Source: Acidimicrobiia bacterium (GTDB lineage Bacteria > Actinomycetota > Acidimicrobiia > Spongiisociales > Spongiisociaceae). From it: DNA of 25,689 nucleotides. Below the pieces are notes generated by a model. It was not told the origin of the DNA. It searched no databases and saw nothing but the letters and a program-made list of their open reading frames with translations. A program made the position numbers and the translations under genes. This document shows positions 21,271 through 25,689 of the stretch, in pieces. Each line of letters begins with the position of its first letter. Within the stretch, counting starts at the first letter, position 1. Location of the stretch: assembly GCA_041576165.1 (NCBI GenBank), contig JBFGLM010000056.1:1-25689 (forward strand), in the 5' to 3' direction.

Positions 21271-21480
21271 TGCCGCCGTGCGTTTGCACTATCTCTACCC
21301 CTCTGCTTGATGGGAGCACCGGTCTGACCCAATCCGGTGACTGAGCGCCCGGAGGAGAGGTCTGACAAGAGGGTTGGCGATCCGCCACGGTTTCCTGTGT
21401 ACGGAGCGCCGATTTTCGCGTGTGAGAGCGGGTCCACCCGGGCGGGTTGCCGATTCGGGTGCAACCAACCGAGGAGTTCG

Positions 21481-21849
21481 ATGCCGACGATCCAGCAACT
21501 GGTTCGCCACGGTCGTAAACCGAAGGCGCGTAAGGAAAAGACCCCCGGCCTGGCCGGTTCCCCCCAGAGGCGGGGTGTCTGTACGCGCGTGTATACGGTT
21601 ACCCCCAAGAAGCCGAACTCCGCCCTCCGCAAGGTCTGCCGCGTGCGCCTGACCTCGGGTGTGGAGGTCACTGCGTACATCCCCGGCGAGGGTCACAACC
21701 TGCAGGAACACTCCATCGTGCTGGTCCGCGGTGGCCGTGTGAAAGACCTGCCTGGAGTTCGATACAAGGTCATTCGCGGCACGCTCGACGCCGCCGGGGT
21801 CGACGGCCGCAAACAGGCGCGTTCCCGCTACGGCGCCAAGAAGGGCTGA
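21481..21849 (+). CDS. rpsL: 30S ribosomal protein S12
   Basis: MPTIQQLVR...[10 protein letters not shown]...[12 protein letters not shown]; GAGGAG RBS before ATG 21481. Confidence 0.99.
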   Translation: MPTIQQLVRHGRKPKARKEKTPGLAGSPQRRGVCTRVYTVTPKKPNSALRKVCRVRLTSGVEVTAYIPGEGHNLQEHSIVLVRGGRVKDLPGVRYKVIRGTLDAAGVDGRKQARSRYGAKKG

Positions 21850-21851
21850 AA

Positions 21852-22319
21852 ATGCGGAGAGCACCTGCCGAAAAACGTCACGTAGAACCCGACCCCGTGT
21901 TCCGTAGTGTCCTGGTGGGCCAGGTCATCAACAAGGTTTTGCTCAAGGGCAAGAAGGAGCGGGCACGCCAGATCGTCTACAGCGCCCTCGAGGTCGTCGA
22001 GCGCCGGGCGGGTCGTGATCCGCTCGATGTGCTCAAGCGGGCCATCGACAATCTCCGGCCCCAGGTGGAAGTTCGCTCACGCCGGGTCGGTGGATCGTCC
22101 TATCAGGTACCGGTCGACGTGCGTCCCCGCCGGGCGAACACGCTGGCCGTGCGGTGGCTGGTCAACTACGCCCGCCAGCGCCGGGAGCGCACGATGTCCG
22201 AGCGCCTCGCCAATGAGATCCTCGACGCCTCCAACAACACCGGCCTCGCTATCAAACGCAAAGAAGATGTCCACAAGATGGCGGAGTCCAACAAAGCCTT
22301 CGCCCACTATCGCTGGTAG
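21852..22319 (+). CDS. rpsG: 30S ribosomal protein S7
   Basis: [15 protein letters not shown]...[15 protein letters not shown]. Confidence 0.99.
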   Translation: MRRAPAEKRHVEPDPVFRSVLVGQVINKVLLKGKKERARQIVYSALEVVERRAGRDPLDVLKRAIDNLRPQVEVRSRRVGGSSYQVPVDVRPRRANTLAVRWLVNYARQRRERTMSERLANEILDASNNTGLAIKRKEDVHKMAESNKAFAHYRW

Positions 22320-22355
22320 CCACCGGGTCACCTGACAACTGCATAGTGACCAGGG

Positions 22356-24494
22356 ATGAGAACTGAGATGAGTAACCAAAACGACGCGCTAACACGTCTG
22401 CGGCAGTATCCGCTGAGCCGTACCCGCAACATCGGGATCATGGCGCACATCGACGCGGGTAAGACAACACTCACCGAACGTGTTCTCTACTACACGGGTC
22501 GCACCTACAAACTGGGCGAAGTGCATGAGGGCGCAGCCGTGATGGACTGGATGGCCCAGGAGCAGGAGCGAGGCATCACGATCACCTCGGCCGCCACCAC
22601 CTGCGAGTGGCACGAGCACTGGATCAACATCATTGACACCCCTGGTCACGTGGACTTCACCGTCGAGGTGGAGCGGTCGCTCCGAGTGCTCGACGGCGCC
22701 GTCGCCGTGTTCGATGCCGTGGCCGGGGTCGAACCGCAGTCAGAAACGGTGTGGCGGCAGGCCGACCGCTACCGGGTACCCCGGATTTGTTTCATCAACA
22801 AGATGGATCGGATAGGCGCGGACTTTTTTGCCGCCGTCGACTCAATTGTCGAGAGGCTGGAGGCCACGCCGCTGGTGATGCAAATCCCGATCGGGTCTGA
22901 GGCCGACTTCCTCGGTGTCATCGACCTGGTCGAGCTGAAGGCCCACATCTGGCGGGGCGACGACGGCCGCAGCTGGGAGACCGGCGACATCCCCGATGAG
23001 TACCGGAGCCAGGCGGACGAGTATCGGGGCCGGATGCTCGAACAGGTTGCCGAGGTCGACGAGAAGCTGCTCGAGAAGTATCTCGAAGATCTGGACATCT
23101 CGCCGAGCGAGATCAAGGCTGCGGTCCGTACGGGCACCCTAGAGCGGGTGTTCACTCCGGTCTTCCTCGGCTCTGCTTTCAAGAACAAGGGCGTACAGCC
23201 CCTGTTGGATGCTGTGGTCGACTACCTGCCGGCGCCTACCGACCTGCCGCCCGTGCGAGGCTTCAAGCCGGGCGACGAGGACATGACCGTCACTCGGGCA
23301 GCCGAGGACACCGAGCCGTTCTCGGCGCTGGCTTTCAAGATCATGAGCGATCCCCACGTGGGCAAGCTGACCTACTTCCGCGTGTACTCCGGGCATGCCG
23401 CCAAGGGCGAGTCGATCCTCAACACCACGAACGGGAAGAAGGAACGACTCGGCCGGTTGCTGCGGATGCACGCCAACCACCGCGAGGATCTGGACGACAT
23501 CTTCACCGGCGACATCGTCGCCGCCGTCGGACTGAAGTCCACCACGACCGGCGACACACTGTCTGCTCCCGGAAAGGACGCCGTCCAGCTCGAGTCGATG
23601 ACCTTCCCGGCGCCGGTCATCTCGGTTGCGATCGAGCCCAAGACCAAGGCGGATCAGGAGAAGCTGTCGGAGGCCCTCCAGCGCCTGGCCGAGGAGGATC
23701 CGACATTCCTGGTCCGGACCGACACCGAAACGGGTCAGACGATCATCGCCGGCATGGGCGAGTTGCACCTGGACATCCTCGTGGATCGCATGATGCGCGA
23801 GTTCAAGGTCGACGCCAATGTCGGACGGCCCCAGGTGGCATATCGGGAGACGATCCGCCAGCCGGTCCATGGGGTGGTGCTGCGCTACGTGAAGCAGACC
23901 GGCGGTAAGGGCCAGTACGCCCATATCGTCATCAACCTCGAGCCGACCGGGCCCGGAGGTGGGTACGAATTCGTTGATGAGATCAAAGGAGGCCGGGTAC
24001 CGCGGGAGTACATTCCGTCGGTTGATACCGGGATCGAGGACGCCATGGATCAGGGCGCCCTCGCCGGCTATCCGCTGGTCGATATCCGCGCCACACTGGT
24101 GGACGGCTCATCGCACGACGTTGATTCCTCTGAGATGGCGTTCCGAATCGCCGGATCCATGGCGCTGCAGGAGGCCGCCAAGAGAGCGGGTGTGAAGCTG
24201 CTCGAACCCATCATGGAAGTCGAGGTGGTCACCCCCGAGGATTACATGGGTGACGTCATCGGAGATCTGTCAGCTCGCCGGGGTCGGATCGGCGAGATGG
24301 CGCAGCGGGGGAATGCCCGGGTGGTGACCGCATTGGTCCCACTGTCGGAAATGTTCGGATATGTCACGGATCTACGGTCCAAGACGCAAGGCCGGGCGAC
24401 ATCCACGATGCAATTCCATTCTTATCAGGATGTTCCCGACAACATTGCAGAAGAAATCGTTGCCGCAGCTCGCGGCGAAGTCGTAGGAGGGTAA
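22356..24494 (+). CDS. fusA: Elongation factor G
   Basis: [43 protein letters not shown]; alternative ATG at 22368. Confidence 0.99.
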   Translation: MRTEMSNQNDALTRLRQYPLSRTRNIGIMAHIDAGKTTLTERVLYYTGRTYKLGEVHEGAAVMDWMAQEQERGITITSAATTCEWHEHWINIIDTPGHVDFTVEVERSLRVLDGAVAVFDAVAGVEPQSETVWRQADRYRVPRICFINKMDRIGADFFAAVDSIVERLEATPLVMQIPIGSEADFLGVIDLVELKAHIWRGDDGRSWETGDIPDEYRSQADEYRGRMLEQVAEVDEKLLEKYLEDLDISPSEIKAAVRTGTLERVFTPVFLGSAFKNKGVQPLLDAVVDYLPAPTDLPPVRGFKPGDEDMTVTRAAEDTEPFSALAFKIMSDPHVGKLTYFRVYSGHAAKGESILNTTNGKKERLGRLLRMHANHREDLDDIFTGDIVAAVGLKSTTTGDTLSAPGKDAVQLESMTFPAPVISVAIEPKTKADQEKLSEALQRLAEEDPTFLVRTDTETGQTIIAGMGELHLDILVDRMMREFKVDANVGRPQVAYRETIRQPVHGVVLRYVKQTGGKGQYAHIVINLEPTGPGGGYEFVDEIKGGRVPREYIPSVDTGIEDAMDQGALAGYPLVDIRATLVDGSSHDVDSSEMAFRIAGSMALQEAAKRAGVKLLEPIMEVEVVTPEDYMGDVIGDLSARRGRIGEMAQRGNARVVTALVPLSEMFGYVTDLRSKTQGRATSTMQFHSYQDVPDNIAEEIVAAARGEVVGG

Positions 24495-24499
24495 TTCCC

Positions 24500-25689
24500 A
24501 TGGCGAAGGCGAAGTTTGAGCGTTCGAAGCCGCATGTGAATGTGGGGACGATGGGTCATATTGATCATGGGAAGACGACGTTGACGGCGGCGATTACGAA
24601 GACGTTGTCGGAGCGTGTTGGTGGGCATAATGCGTTTACGGCGTTTGATGAGATTGATAAGGCGCCGGAGGAGCGTGAGCGGGGGATTACGATTTCGATT
24701 GCGCATGTGGAGTATGAGACGGAGAATCGTCATTATGCGCATGTGGATATGCCGGGGCATGCTGATTATATCAAGAATATGATTACGGGTGCGGCGCAGG
24801 TGGATGGCGCGATTTTGGTGGTGTCGGCGGCGGATGGGCCGATGCCGCAGACTCGGGAGCATGTGTTGTTGGCCCGGCAGGTGGGGGTGCCGTTCATTGT
24901 GGTGGCGTTGAACAAGGTTGACATGGTGGATGATGAGGAGCTCTTGGATTTGGTGGAGCTCGAGGTGCGGGATCTGCTGTCGGAGTATGAGTTCCCGGGG
25001 GATGATGTGCCGGTGGTGCGGGTGTCGGCGTTGCAGGCGTTGGAGGGGGATTCGGCGGCAGCTGATCAGGTGATGGAGTTGATGGCGGCGGTTGATTCCT
25101 ATGTGGAGGAGCCGGAGCTGGATACGGATAAGCCGTTTTTGATGCCGATTGAGGATGTGTTTTCGATCACTGGTCGGGGGACGGTGGTGACCGGGAAGGT
25201 GGAGCAGGGGGTGCTCACGGTCAACGAAGAGGTTGAGATTGTGGGGATTCGGGATACTCGCAAGACGGTGGCGACTGGGATTGAGATGTTCCGGAAGTTG
25301 TTGGATGAGGGCCGGGCCGGGGACAACGTTGGGGTGTTGTTGCGGGGGGTTGGTAAGGATGAGGTGGAGCGGGGTCAGGTGTTGGCTAAGCCGGGGTCGA
25401 TCACGCCGCATACTGAGTTCGAGGCGCAGGTGTATGTGTTGACCAAGGATGAGGGGGGTCGGCACAATCCGTTTTTCTCGGGGTATCAGCCCCAGTTTTA
25501 TTTCCGGACGACGGATGTGACGGGGACGATCACGTTGCCGTCGGGTACCGAGATGGTGATGCCGGGGGATAACACCGAGATGGGGGTGGTGTTGGGGGCG
25601 CCGATCGCGATGGATGAGGGTCTCCGTTTCGCCATCCGGGAGGGTGGCCGCACCGTAGGCGCCGGCACCGTCATCACAATCACCACGTA
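24500..25689 (+). CDS. tuf: Elongation factor Tu (396 aa; last base of the TAA stop lies outside the window)
   Basis: [33 protein letters not shown]...RGITI...[18 protein letters not shown]; AGGAGG RBS at the end of fusA. Confidence 0.99.
   Translation, partial: MAKAKFERSKPHVNVGTMGHIDHGKTTLTAAITKTLSERVGGHNAFTAFDEIDKAPEERERGITISIAHVEYETENRHYAHVDMPGHADYIKNMITGAAQVDGAILVVSAADGPMPQTREHVLLARQVGVPFIVVALNKVDMVDDEELLDLVELEVRDLLSEYEFPGDDVPVVRVSALQALEGDSAAADQVMELMAAVDSYVEEPELDTDKPFLMPIEDVFSITGRGTVVTGKVEQGVLTVNEEVEIVGIRDTRKTVATGIEMFRKLLDEGRAGDNVGVLLRGVGKDEVERGQVLAKPGSITPHTEFEAQVYVLTKDEGGRHNPFFSGYQPQFYFRTTDVTGTITLPSGTEMVMPGDNTEMGVVLGAPIAMDEGLRFAIREGGRTVGAGTVITITT
25549..25689 (+). repeat. Terminal direct repeat, right copy (identical to 1-141)
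   Basis: Exact 141-nt match to the start of the window. Confidence 0.97.

Noticed and set aside
21337-21480. N-terminal extensions of S12 (and of L10, L1, SecE and the fasciclin) in the ORF track
   Set aside because: Downstream starts with good RBSs match the family N-termini; the extensions overlap leaders or the tRNA.
21595-21760. Streptomycin-resistance alleles in rpsL
   Set aside because: PKKPNS and RVKDLP motifs are wild type.

Overview
High-GC actinobacterial core transcription/translation locus, probably class Acidimicrobiia (inferred from the EF-Tu [18 protein letters not shown] motifs and gene order). Order: tuf 3' end, rpmG, Zn-ribbon ORF, fused HadA/HadB-like dehydratase, ECF sigma and ZAS anti-sigma, tRNA-Trp, secE, nusG, rplK, rplA, rplJ, rplL, a non-coding array, rpoB, rpoC, an accessory block (frameshifted ECF sigma and partner remnant, cupin, TauE, fasciclin, CPA1 antiporter), rpsL, rpsG, fusA, tuf. 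The first and last 141 bp are identical, most likely a pseudo-circular contig made by collapsing two tuf copies. The best candidate for an undescribed system lies between rplL and rpoB: three tandem cassettes, each with an 18-bp operator-like box, a sigma70-type promoter with an exact 17-bp spacer, and a ~75-80 nt rod-shaped RNA showing a (C)AGCCAGG motif twice. Also notable: RpoC has lost all four Cys of its second zinc site, L33 is an atypical zinc-free form, and tuf has strongly G/T-skewed codon usage unlike its neighbours. All calls are by eye from sequence; no searches were run.
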